The notes beneath the pieces were generated by a model. That model did not search any database, was not told the origin of the DNA, and saw nothing but the letters and a program-made list of their open reading frames with translations. A stretch of 64,000 nucleotides of DNA from Octopus vulgaris (taxonomy: Eukaryota): assembly GCA_951406725.2 (NCBI GenBank), contig OX597832.1, positions 45,074,001 to 45,138,000 of the forward strand, written 5' to 3'. Shown here piece after piece: positions 1-11,417 of the stretch (the first letter of the stretch is position 1; every line of letters starts with the position of its first letter). Made by a program: the position numbers and the translations under genes.

Positions 1-11
1 TGTTACCTCCT

Positions 12-418
12 ATACTCTTTACTCTTTTACTTGTTTCAGTCATTTGACTGCGGCCATGCTGGAGCACTGCCTTTTAGTCGAGCAAATCGACCCCGGGACT
101 TATTCTTTGTAAGCCCAGTACTTATTCTATCGGTCTCTTTTGCCGAACCGCTAAGTGACGGGGACGTAAACACACCAGCATCGGTTGTCAAGCAATGCTA
201 GGGGGACAAACACAGACACACAAAAATATACACACACACATATATATATATATACGACAGGCTTCTTTCAGTTTCCATCTACCAAATCCACTCAGAAGGC
301 ATTGGTCAGCCCGGGGCTATAGCAGAAGACACTTGCCCAAGATTCCACGCAGTGGGACTGAACCCGGAACCATGTGGTTGGTTAGCAAGCTACTTACCAC
401 ACAGCCACTCCTGCGCCT
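12..418 (-). mobile_element. SINE family A (tRNA head, CORE-like domain, internal microsatellite, CR1-group LINE-type tail); type copy
   Basis: The minus strand starts AGGCGCAGGAG-TGGCTGTGTGG (A box), then GGTTCAGTCCC (B box), then CTTGGGCAAGTG (CORE-like). It ends GCTCCAGCATGGCCGCAGTCAAATGACTGAAACAAGTAAAAGAG. It resembles the octopus OR-type CORE-SINEs (from memory, not searched). Confidence 0.85.
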
Positions 419-1250
419 ATCTCAACTATGTTCAAAATTTACTGAAGTATGAAACTGCTTTACTGTCAGTATATAAAGGCTTTCCTTTTCATTACTACAG
501 CATCACCTGTCATATGAAACCCGATGTTGGAAATATTCTGTTGTCAATGTGGATAATATCCAGTAATGTTATCCAAATACAATAATATAGGTTTTTATAT
601 ATGTTGCTTACATAAAACTGATTCACATTTATAAGAATAATGCAGTATTTTAGTTACATAAAAATGTAATAGTCCTTAAGAATGATATTAGAGTTTTATG
701 GTATTATTGTAATTAATCATTAAACAGTAACACTGTTATTGATAAGATACATTTATTGCAAATGTATGAGGAGAATGAATTCTCTTTTATCTTGTTTCAG
801 TCACTGGACTGTGGCCATGCTGGGGCACCGCCTTGAAGTGTCTCGTCAAACAAACAGCACCCAGTACTTATTTTATAAATCTGGTACTGATTCTGTTGGG
901 CACCACTACCTGAGCATGACAAGTAACAATCATCATCATCACCACCACCATCATCCTACAACCAGTAGCATATCTGGGGGCAGAGGGGTCACGTGCAGAT
1001 TGAAGTGGGGGGGAGTGGTGCCTCATCAAATGCAAGAAAGATGAGACTTGAAACAATTGTAATGTAATTTTTTTTTTAATTACATCTCATTTTGAGTGTT
1101 TTCTACTATAGCCCCAGGCTAACCAGAGCTTTGTGAGTGGATTTCGTAGATGGAAATTGAAAGAAGCCCTATTGTGAGTGTGTGTGTGTGTGTTACTGTC
1201 TCCTTACCTTGGTAGTTGTGAACAAGTGTCATTTTCATGAAATAATTATA

Positions 1251-1700
1251 TTGGGTTGTCCGGAAAGTTTGTGCCGGTTTTTAAAGGAAAGAAAAAGGTC
1301 AATAAATACTTGCCATTACATTTTTCACCCTTTCGTTAGTGTATTTATTTTGAGATGTTCTGTGATTCTTCCAATTATTTTAAATATATCAAAGAATTTA
1401 GTAAAATAACATCGTTATCATTAAGCTAGTGTTAGGAACATAAATTGCGACTAAGATTTGGTGGAAGATTTGAATTCAAAACTTATGAAAACAAGACATT
1501 TGTACTAAAGAGCCAGAGCCGGTTTCAGCCGGGTTGGTAACGAAAGGATTAATCAACCAAATATGAACCATTTTGTTGCACAATGCGTCTCCATCTTTCC
1601 TTTAACTTGAAAATACCCTCTTCCCAGAATTGAGGTGCCTGGGAGGGTAAGTCGAAATGCAAGCTACTATAAATCGGCATGAACTTTCCAGACGACCCAA
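1251..1700 (-). mobile_element. Internally deleted mariner, interrupted by a TTAA MITE
   Basis: TA-flanked TIRs TTGGGTTGTCCGGAAAGTT...AACTTTCCAGACGACCCAA. The internal sequence matches the copy at 28366-28931. Confidence 0.85.
1328..1548. mobile_element. piggyBac-type (TTAA) MITE
   Basis: CCCTTTCGTTA...GTAACGAAAGGA followed by TTAA. Same family as 42270-42489. Confidence 0.8.
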
Positions 1701-2024
1701 TATTTTATTTAATTACATTACGTTACTTAGCGTTTCAATTAGGGAAACTGGTGCATTAAACAGTCAAAATAAAGGAGGTTTTGGAAAAACAAACATTAAA
1801 AAAAATATATTTCGAATTACAGGTTGTACCAAACCAGCAGGTAAACGAACCCTGGTAAAAGTATTTATTCCAAAAATATTGCTTTATAACACTAATTACC
1901 TGTAACAAATAAGCACTATGTAGTACCGTGGATTTTGTAAGGGAGCTGTCATGGGTTGGATGGTTTGACTAGAGTGGGCAAGCTGCACCAGGTTCCAGTC
2001 TGATTTGGCTTGGTATCCATGGCT

Positions 2025-2243
2025 TACTCTCTTTTTACTCTTTTACTTGTTTCAGTCATTTGACTGCGGCCATGCTGGAGCACCGCCTTTAGTCGAGGAG
2101 ATCGACCCCGGGACTTATTCTTTTGTAAGCCCAGTAACTTATTCTATCGGTCTCTTATGCCGAACCGCTAAGTGACGGGGACGTAAACACTCCAGCATCA
2201 TCGGTTGTCAAGCAATGCTAGGGGGACAAACACAGACACACAA

Positions 2244-2294
<51 letters not shown>

Positions 2295-2460
2295 TACGAC
2301 AGGCTTCCTTTCAGTTTCCGTCTACCAAATCCACTCACAAAGCATTGGTCGGCCCGGGGCTATAGCAGAAGACACTTGCCCAAGATGCCACGCAGTGGGA
2401 CTGAACCCGGAACCACGTGGTTGGTTAGCAAGCTACTTACCACACAGCCACTCCAGCGCC
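2025..2460 (-). mobile_element. SINE family A, full length
   Basis: Near-identical to 12-418. Confidence 0.85.
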
Positions 2461-2689
2461 TTTTGATGCCTTTCCTAACACCAATCACTTTACAGAGTGT
2501 GTCGGGTGTTTTTAACATGGCACAAACACTTTTATGTGGCGCCAAGAGTGCTTTTCCATAGCGTCAGCACAAGAGTGTCTTTCAAGCCAATCCACTTCAC
2601 CAGGGGCGGGGGGCAGGGAGCAGCCTTAACGATTCTGCCATGGAGAACAGGTTTTCTAGTTAATTAATAATGTTGGTGTGCATGAATCT

Positions 2690-3960
2690 AATTGATGATT
2701 CTCTCATTCAGCTTATAGAAACCATTTGCCATAAACTGCGATAATAGAAAGACGGAGACCGTCAACAATAATATTTTATCAGGTATATTATAAAAGATTT
2801 TTTAATAATAGAGCAATTGTTTTGTTATTGAGATACCGTTTAAGTGCATTAAGTTTACAGCTTCTGTGCTGATGAATTAATTGTTCCACCAGCGGTATTT
2901 CAGAGCATTAATGATAAAAGCTGTTTGCTCAACAGCCAACAAGGAACCGGCTGAAATTAAAAGCACGAAGCTCAGGTTACTGCGAAGACGTGGAACAATA
3001 TGTAAGAATATGTGCTAGTATAAAACCAGAACTGACTCACACGCGCTGTATGCATGACCTAAAGAAATCAAAGCTTGGACATTTGTGCACATGGATAATG
3101 CTTCTGTCAAGAAGTTTAAGTGCATTAGGTTTACAGCTTCTGTGCTGATGAATTAATTGTTCCACCAGTGGTATTTCAGAGCATTAATGATAAAAGCTGT
3201 TAGCTCAACAGCCAACAAGGAACCGGCTGAAATTAAAAGCACGGAGCTCAAGTTACTGCGAAGATGTGGAACAATATGTAAGAATATGTGCTTGTATAAA
3301 ACCAGAACTGACTCACGTGCGCTGCATGCATGACCTAAAGAAATTAAAGCTTGGACATTTGTGCACATGGATAATGCTTCTGTCAAGAATTATGGACCAT
3401 TTCCTTAATACTTGTTGAAGCATTTTATGGGTAGCTGGAATAAAGAAGCAGAACCAGTTAGGCAAATATTTTATTTATTTATTTATGCGCCCTTTTCAAG
3501 CCAAGCCAGGCTTATGGGCCCGGTTTCCCGGTTTCTATGGCATATGTTTTCCCCCCAGATAGACGGGACGCCAGTCCATCGCAGCGTTACTCAAGAAACA
3601 GGAAGAGAAAGTGAGAGAAGGTTATAGTGAAAGAGTACAACAGGGGTCACCACCACCCTCTGCCTTGTGGAGCTTTAGGTGTTTTCGCTCAATAAACACA
3701 CACAACACCCGGTCTGGGAATCGAAACCGCGACCCTCTGACAGCGAGTCCACTGCCCTAACCACTGGGCCATTGAGTTAGGCAGATGTTACCATATAATA
3801 ATGTTCCAGAAATATTGGTGTCTGACAACGCTTGTGAATTTCGTGATAATGACTGGTATACAAGATTTAATAAAATTGGATGTAAGCCTATGGAAAATGC
3901 CTGAGTACCTCTAGAATTAAATGGAACTGCTGAAAGAACCATCACAAAATGGATTTAAAA
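2690..3960 (+). pseudogene. Degenerate Gypsy-type integrase fragment
   Basis: Manual translation across stops and frameshifts gives LIVPP..., YCEDVEQYVRIC, WTFVHMD...LILVEAF and VPEILVSDNACEF...NGTAERTI, with 35 residues between D and E. Contains a 276-bp tandem duplication (2838-3113 / 3114-3389) and a SINE insertion. Confidence 0.75.
3477..3773 (-). mobile_element. tRNA-derived SINE family D (V-domain-like)
   Basis: Minus strand TGGCCCAGTGGTTAGGG...GGTTTCGATTCCC (A and B boxes) and GCTGCGATGGACTGGCGTCCCGTC. Relatives lie at 30690-30858, 45550-45800, 7705-7990 and 29200-29540. Confidence 0.75.
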
Positions 3961-4241
3961 GCCCACTTCATAAAGATTTCTGCTTCGTGCACATTTGATC
4001 TGCTTGCTTTTGAGTTTTTGGAGAAGATTTCCTTCAAGAAAACTTCTTGATCCACCTGTTTTGATGGGTAAACAAATACTGTTCAACAAAGAGAGAAACA
4101 CCTGTGTGTACTATATAATACGCTATGTACACAGTAAGAGACAGTTACCTATATAGAAAAACTGACAACTGTGTATGCAAGGATATATAGTAATATGTGT
4201 ATTCTGTAACAGATACATTTGTTTATATGAGGACAGTAAGA

Positions 4242-4800
4242 CATCATCATCGTTTAACGTCCGTTTTCTATGCTAGCATGGGTTGGACGGTTCGACAGGG
4301 ATCTGGGAAGCCAGGGGGCTGCACCAGGCTCCAGTCTGATCTGGCAGTGTTTCTACAGCTGGATGCCCTTCCTAACGCCAACCACTCCATGAGTGTAGTG
4401 GGTGCTTTTTATGTGCCACCGGCACAGGTGCCAGGCGAGGCTGGCAATGGCCACAATCGGTTGCTGCTTTTTACGTGCCACCTTCATGGAAGCCAGTCAA
4501 GGCGGCGCTGGCATCAGCCATGTTCAGATGGTGCTTTTTACATGCCACCGGCACAGGGATCACAACTTCAATTTCCATTGATTTTTGATGTTGATGTACT
4601 TGACTGAATAGGTCTCCTCAAGCACAGGGTCGAAACGGTGTTTCTTTACTTGCCACCTGCACAGGAGTCAGTCCAGCGGCACTGGCAACTGCTGGGTGCC
4701 AGTCATAGGATTGGTTCAATTTCGATTCCAATTTCACTTGCCCCAACAGGTCTTCGCAAGCAGAGTTTAGTGTCCAATGAAGGGAGGTTGGCATGGCTGC
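4242..4800 (-). mobile_element. RTE LINE 3' end (3' UTR with tandem palindromic units and (GAT)n tail), family B
   Basis: Minus strand ...GTTAGGAAGGGCATCCAGCTGTAGAAAC...GGACGTTAAACGATGATG. The family is linked to an RTE ORF end at 9112-9180 and 60400-60502. Confidence 0.75.
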
Positions 4801-4859
4801 CAGTCATCAAGATGCACCTGTATTTACAAGAATTGTGAGACACACCTGTGTATACAGGA

Positions 4860-5427
4860 ATGAGACACAAGTCCCACATGATCTCTCTGCAGACAATCGC
4901 AAATGTATTGTCTGCTGTGTATCACTGTGTATGGCTGCAAATGCCTTTTTTTGAATAGAGTCATGACTGGAGATGAAAAATGGATACTTTACCAAAATGT
5001 TAAGTGAAAACATCAGCAACTCAATTGAGGTGAAGAGCCAGCTAAGCAGTCCAGAAGTGGCCTGTATCCAAGGAAGATTGTTCTGAGTGAATGATGGGAC
5101 ATGCACGGAATAATTTATCATGAGCTGCTAGATGATAATCAAACTCTAACAGCCGATGTATACTGCCAACAGCTGACACGTTTGAAAGCAGCTTTGCAGC
5201 AAAAACAGAATAGGAGCCATCCTTCATAAGGCTAGACCTCACATTTGATGAAAGACCAAAAATCTAGAAAAATATACCTGGGAAATTATGCATCAACCAC
5301 CATATCCTCTGAATACCATCTCTTTAGAAGTTTACAAAATCATTTGAGCGTATTAAGACTTACTTCAAGAGCAGATATCAAAAATGAGTTAATTTCCTTT
5401 TTCACATCTAAATCTAAAGAATTTTAA
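4860..5427 (+). pseudogene. Mariner transposase fossil
   Basis: Motif relics VPHDLS (WVPHEL), LNRVMTGDEKWIL, YPRKIVLSE*WD and SEYHLFRSLQNHL...FFTSKSKEF. Confidence 0.8.
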
Positions 5428-5431
5428 GCAT

Positions 5432-5775
5432 GATCATCATCGTTTAGCGTCCGCTTTCCATGCTAGCATGGGTTAGGACAGTTCAACTGGGGTCTGGGAA
5501 GCCAGAAGGCTGCACCAGGCCCAGTCTGATTTAGCAATGTTTCTACGGCTGGATGCCCTTCCTAACGTCAACCACTCCGAGAGTGTAGTGGATGCTTTTT
5601 ACATGCCAGATGAGGCTGGCAAACGGCCACGATCAGATGGTGTTTTTTACATGCCACCGGCACGGAGGTCAGTCGGGGCGGCGCTGGCAAAGGCCACGTT
5701 CAGATGGTTCTCTTACATGCTACCGGCACTGGTATTACAGCTACAATTTCCATTGATGTTGATCGATTTCGATTT
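5432..5775 (-). mobile_element. RTE LINE 3' end, family B
   Basis: Same family as 4242-4800. Confidence 0.75.
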
Positions 5776-5839
5776 TAAGCATTAAAAAGCTCGTTCCCAA
5801 GTAGAAAGAGGTCATGGAGAAGAATTCTAACTACATTAA

Positions 5840-6032
5840 CCCTTAATATTCAAATTCCTGTCACGTGGAATTCTTATTTATTTACATTGTTTGGAATTTT
5901 CATGCATTATCTCACAGTTCTGTGATTTTGTTGAGTAATATAATTTTTAGAATGATATTGTAGGTCTTGTGTGAGAGGCAAGATCTGGCCAGCTGGAGCA
6001 TAAAACAAGCAGAATATTTTAGCCAGATAGGG
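5840..6032. mobile_element. Second TTAA-flanked MITE family
   Basis: TTAA-CCCT...AGGG-TTAA. A diverged, interrupted relative lies at about 57815-57900 plus 58657-58757. Confidence 0.55.
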
Positions 6033-6151
6033 TTAATGATTAATCAGTTTCTTTTTATTGTTTTAATGAGCTTTAAAAACCAAACCTTTTGTTACAGCTA
6101 TACACACACACATATATATATACCACCACCCCAAAGTATATATATATATAT

Positions 6152-6525
6152 ATGACGCCTGTCTGTGACGTCCTGTTTTTGTTATTATTATTATTATCAT
6201 TATTGTTTTTACGTATTTTCGTATTCTTCTTCGTGTTATCATTATTGTTTTTACATATTTTTGTATTCTTATTCGTGTAACATCATCCATTTTCCCGTCC
6301 ATGTTTTGTATACATTTGAGGCTTTCTTCCAAGGAATCTAATGCGCTTAGCTTAGATTTTCCTTTGGGGCTGGCCAGGTCGGAGCAATCTCAAGATTAAT
6401 CAGCCGAAATTGCGAGGATGATCCGGTTCTTGACTGAAGATTGAAGGCTTCGAATGTCCCGTCCGTGTTTTTTGTATCGCCTTCTAAATGTTTTGCGTTC
6501 TTGTCCCAGTTTGTATTTTTTTTTT
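6152..6525 (+). mobile_element. Repeat next to (TA)n, probably a Penelope-like terminus, carrying a permuted hammerhead-like motif
   Basis: A second, diverged copy lies at 51208-51432 (-), also abutting (TA)n. Confidence 0.55.
6368..6454 (+). ncRNA. Candidate hammerhead-like ribozyme with non-canonical strand order
   Basis: GCAAT-C-TCAAGA (6384-6395), CAGCC-GAAA-TTGC (6401-6413) and TCTTGA-CTGAAGA (6428-6440). Confidence 0.45.
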
Positions 6526-7033
6526 ACATATACATATACAATAACTGAGACATGTCTACATACAAAAGCAGAGAGAGTGCACAAGAAATGAAACACATTT
6601 GTACATACATGAACAGAGACACACCTGCACATAATAGCAAACACATACCTGTACATTCAATAACCGACACACATTTGTATACACAACAACAAAGAGAGAG
6701 ACGCTTATACATACATGAATCGAGAGACAGCTGCACATGCAAGAACAGACAGAGAGAGTAAACATAAACAGAACGACACCTGTATGTTCAATAGGAAGAG
6801 GCATTTGTATATCAAAGGAAAGAGAGAGAGAAAGAGAGAGAGAGAAAGAGGTCGGTATATACAGGCACAGAGAAGGACACTTGATTCAATTATCCAAGAC
6901 GTAAATGGAATTATAATAGAAGTAGCATTAGGCCATCTCAAGACCCCAACACACAGACCCAGAGGCTTCGAAGGACGTGACGAAGTCATTTCCATAAACG
7001 CTAGTTCTCAGAGCTGAAATGAATGTAGAGATA

Positions 7034-7398
7034 CTCCTGTGTGGTAAGTAGTTTGTCTACCAACCACATGGTTCCGGGTTCAGTCCCACTGCGTGGCACC
7101 TTGGGCAAGTGTCTTCTACTATAGCCTCGGGCCGACCAAAGCCTTGTGAGTGGATTTGGTAGACGGAAACTGAAAGAAGCCCGTCGTATATATGTATATA
7201 TATATATATGCGTGTGTGTGTTTGTGTATCTGTGTTTGACCCCCTAGCATTGCTTGACAACTGATGCTGGTGTGTTTATGTCCCCGTTACTTAGCGGTTC
7301 GGCAAAAGAGACCGATAGAATAAGTACTGGGCTTACAAAAGAATAAGTCCTGGGGTCGAGTTGCTTGATTAAAGGCAGTGCTCCAGCATGGCCGCAGT
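7034..7398 (+). mobile_element. SINE family A
   Basis: Matches the type copy. A short family B tail follows at 7419-7580 (-). Confidence 0.85.
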
Positions 7399-8585
7399 CA
7401 AATGACTGAAACAAGAGTATCATCATCATCGTTTAACGCCCGCTTTCCATGCTAGCATGGGTTGGACGGTTCGACCAGGGTCTGGGAAGCCAGAAGGCTG
7501 CACCAGGCTCCAGTCTGATCTGGCAGTGTTTCTACAGCTGGATGCCCTTCCTAACGCCAACCACTCCGTGAGTGTAGTGCTATACTGTATAGCAAAACTA
7601 ATCCAGAGCCTGCTAGCACGACAATACAGATACTAAGCCGATGATGATGATAGCATGGAAGACAAACAGACAGACTGACACACACACACACACGAGAGAT
7701 CATCATGGCCTAGTAGTTAGGGTGTTGCATTCACGATTGCAAAATTGTGGTTTCAATTTCCAGAGCAGCAGTACATTGTGAGCAAAATACTTCATAGCAC
7801 ACTGCTTCAGCTTGCTTAACTGCAAATGATCAACACTGATGGACTTGCATTATGTTCAGTGGGAACGTTGACCTGACTGCCTGCCAAGCCAGTGGGGTGG
7901 CATAATTCAAAAGCTATAACAATGCAAGGAAGCGCACTGTGATCAGTGATGTATATAACAACATCCAAAGGTCTGGTTAATACAGTGAAATAAATATATT
8001 TATATATATATATATATATAGGTGCAAAGACATCACTGGCAGCAAAGCTGTATTGACCATTGCCTTTCCCTTGGATAACATCAGTGGCACAGAGAGGGGA
8101 GTCTGGTATGTACGGGCAACTGCTGGTCTTCTATAAACAACCTTGCCCAGACTTGTGCCTCGGAGGGGAACTTTCCAGGTGCAACCACTAGATCACAAGT
8201 TCAAATCCCAAACCAAGCGGTGCATCATATTCTTGACCAAAACACTCCATGTCACATTGTCCATGTTCTTGTCCAGTCAGCTGTAAATGGGTAACCCTGA
8301 GACGATCAGGGGGTATGTTGGCTTGCTCACCTATCTGGTGGGGTGGATAGGCAAGCATCATTTGAAAGCTAAGAATGTGAAGCACATTGTGAACAGTGAT
8401 GTAGAACAGTATCTAATAGTCTAGTCAATATCATGATATATATATATATATATATATATGGGTCAAAACAGTTTGATTCAAATTCATTGGTACTTTTGAG
8501 TTTTAAGTGTGATGCTAGTCATCAGCCATTATGAATTTGAATGACAGAAGTTGATTGTTATTACAGTAAGGTTGGCTGCAATTGG

Positions 8586-8833
8586 TTGACTTGACTTGAC
8601 TTGACAGCATTCACCCGGGGTGGGTTGAGCTGGCTTCATTCATCCTCAATGCTGCATCCCTCACAAACGCCGACCAGGCCTGGTGATTTGAGGCTAACGA
8701 CCGCGTGATCTCCAACTACTGCTTATTCCAGCGGCGAACGCCGTAGATATGGGGGCCTAGGTTGGGTTCCAGATCAGCCTTGACTGTCATCAGCCAGGTT
8801 TTTTGTTGTCCACCACATCGCTTTCACCAATCC
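8586..8833 (-). mobile_element. RTE LINE 3' fragment with (CAAGT)n tail
   Basis: Translates as KRCGGQQKTWLMTVKADLEPNLGPHIYGVRRWNK...AWSAFVRD, an RTE C-terminus. Confidence 0.7.
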
Positions 8834-8903
8834 TTCAAATATTCCTCATGCGATTGGTTGAGGAAGGTAGCCGACCTTACAGTAATAACAATCAACTTCT
8901 GTC

Positions 8904-8970
8904 ATTCAAATTCATAACGGCTGACGACTAGCATCACACTTGAAACTCAAGAGTACCAACGAATTTGAAT
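8904..8970 (+). ncRNA. Type I hammerhead ribozyme motif
   Basis: ATTCAAATTC..GG-CTGACGA-(14 nt)-GAAA-CTCAAGAG-TA-CC..GAATTTGAAT. Stem II is weak. Confidence 0.6.
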
Positions 8971-9042
8971 CAAACTGTTTTGATCTATACATGTAACTCC
9001 AATAAATTTAGTGAGTGCCGTTCTTTCATTTGTCCACTCACT

Positions 9043-9075
<33 letters not shown>

Positions 9076-9087
9076 GGATATTCTAGT

Positions 9088-9638
9088 CGTGATACCCGTG
9101 CCAGTGGCACGTTGGGCCTCACAGAGGAAATGACGAAAGACCGAGACCTCTGAGATATGCTGTGACTGCGAAGACCCGACAAATGAAGTGAGTTTATGGC
9201 TCGCAGGACAACCTGCTGTGCTAACCTTGGATCGTAGAATGACCCGCTGTTCTTGAGGAGACCTATTGAATCAAGTACATTAACACCAACATCAAAAGAA
9301 AAAATCAAATGGAGATTGTAGTTAAGATACCTGTGCCGGTGGCACGTAAAAAGTAGTGTCTGAACATGGCTGATGCCAGCGCCGCCTGACTGGCATCCGT
9401 GTACAAAGCACCAACCGATCATGGCCGTTGCCAGCCTCGCCATGGCACCTGTGCCAGTGGCACGTAAAAAGCACCAACTATACTCACGGAGTGGTTGGCA
9501 TTAGGAAGGGCATCCAGCTGTAGAAACACTGCCAGATCAGACTGGAGCCTGGTGCAGCCTCCTGACTTCCCAGACCCCAGTTGAACCGTCTAACCCATGC
9601 TAGCATGGAAAACGAACGTTAAACAATGATAATGATGA
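9088..9638 (+). mobile_element. RTE LINE 3' end including the ORF terminus (family B)
   Basis: LGLTEEMTKDRDL followed by the family B UTR and a GAT tail. Confidence 0.8.
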
Positions 9639-9660
9639 AAATATATATATATATATATAT

Positions 9661-9878
9661 ACTTTATTTAAAGCAGCAGAAAATTCAACAAAACCTGTTA
9701 CTCTGAGTTTCGTGTTGCCGTTCATCGGACAGTTTTTGCTAGATGATGAAACGCAAAACTCAGAGTAACAGGTTTTGTTGAATTTTCTGCTGCTTTTAAA
9801 TAAAGCATATTACTCTACCACTGGTATTTGAGTACTCTTTTTCTCACCTTGTTTCACATTTATGTGTTTACTCCGGTA
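9661..9878. mobile_element. Fold-back Penelope-like terminus in (TA)n with decayed hammerheads
   Basis: Inverted arms. Minus strand CTGT-CCGATGA-ACGGCAACAC-GAAA-CTCAGAG-TA-ACAG (9695-9732). Same family as 32678-32936. Confidence 0.7.
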
Positions 9879-9898
9879 TATATATATATATATATATA

Positions 9899-10338
9899 CA
9901 CTCTTTTTTACTCTTTTACTCTTTTATTTGTTTCAGTCATTTGACTGCGGCCATGCTGGAGCACCGCCTTTAGTCGAGCAACTCGACCCCGGGACTTATT
10001 CTTTGTAAGCCCAGTACTTATTCTATCGGTCTCTTTTGCCGAACCGTAAACACACCAGCATCAGTTGTCAAGCAATGCTAGGGGGACAAACACAGACACA
10101 CAAACATATATATACATATATACGACAGGCTTCTTTCAGTTTCCATCTACCAAATCCACTCAAAAGGCATTGGTCGGCCCGGGGCTATAGCAGAAGACAC
10201 TTGCCCAAGATGCCACGCAGTGGGACTGAACCCGGAACCATGTGGTTGGTTAGCAAGCTACTTACCACATAGCCACTCCTGCGCCTATATATATATATAT
10301 ATATATTGTCACACATACATTTATACAGACCACATGCT

Positions 10339-10369
<31 letters not shown>

Positions 10370-10857
10370 ATTGCATAACAACTAGAAGTAGGGGAGGCAG
10401 AGGAGTGGTTTAATCTACAGGTTGTAGATTTATACGTAAAGCAGGAGGTGGGTGGACGTCAGACGGAATTTAATCATGTCAAACATGATATTTTTTTTTT
10501 CTTCAGCAAAGATAAACAAAACATCTGTTTGCCACGCCACACACTTGGCACCTATGTGTGTACAATTGCGTAGGTGTATGTATGTATTACAATCAATGTG
10601 TGTGTGAGTGTTTTTATCAATGACATAAGTTTGCATGTGTTAATGTAGGTATATGTGTGTGTTAGTGTGTGTGTTAGTGTGTTGTTGGGTTAAGGGGAAG
10701 AGAGTGAAGTAATTATCTATAGTGTGATTGTGAATTAACCTAATTAAATATATTTTTATTTTTTTACAATTAACACAAATATAGATTGCCAGCACAATGG
10801 CAACACAATTATAACAACAACAGTAATACCATGTGAGTGAAAACTGTATGGAAGCCC

Positions 10858-10917
<60 letters not shown>

Positions 10918-11205
10918 CGTGATTGTGTGTGTGTATTTGAGCATACGTCTGAGTATGTGTGTGTCAGTGTGTCCACTTGCACGTGCCTCTTTTCTTTTAC
11001 TCTCTTTTACTTGTTTCAGTCATTTGACTGTGGCCATGCTGGAGCACCGCCTTTTAGTCGAGCCAAGTGACTCCAGGACTTATTCTTTGTAAGCCTAGTA
11101 CTCATTCCTTCGGTCTCTGTTGCTGAACCGTTAAGTTACGGGGACGTAAACACACCAGCATTGGTTGTCAAGCGACGTTGGGGGGACAAACACAGACACA
11201 AACAT

Positions 11206-11249
<44 letters not shown>

Positions 11250-11356
11250 CAGGCTTCTTTCAGTTTCCGTCTACCAAATCCACTCACAAGGCTTTGGTCA
11301 GCCCAAGGCTGTAGTAGAAACACTTGACCAAGGTGACATGCAGTGGGACTGAACCC
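9899..11356 (-). mobile_element. Two SINE A copies (9899-10286 and 10995-11356)
   Basis: Match the type copy. Confidence 0.8.
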
Positions 11357-11417
11357 TAAAGTATTCAGAGGAGTGAGTGGCCCTCTGATACTCAAGCACA
11401 TTATCAGAATACCCTAA

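Larger units (their letters stand above)
8461..8985. mobile_element. Inverted pair of ~118-bp Penelope-like termini enclosing an RTE fragment
   Basis: 8461-8578 is the reverse complement of 8867-8985. The left side abuts (TA)n. Confidence 0.7.

Noticed and set aside
195-452. Recurrent ORFs such as [13 protein letters not shown]..., [20 protein letters not shown] and FLRLDALPNANHS
   Set aside because: They are antisense translations of SINE A and of the family B UTR, and frames are not preserved between copies.
2860-2972. CTGATGA...GAAA with flanking complementarity (also at 3136-3250), a possible hammerhead
   Set aside because: There is no stem III or UH site, the pairing would consume C3, and the region translates as integrase.
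6368-6460. HDV-like ribozyme reading based on CGAATG
   Set aside because: P1, P1.1, P2 and P3 could not be built in the required order on either strand.
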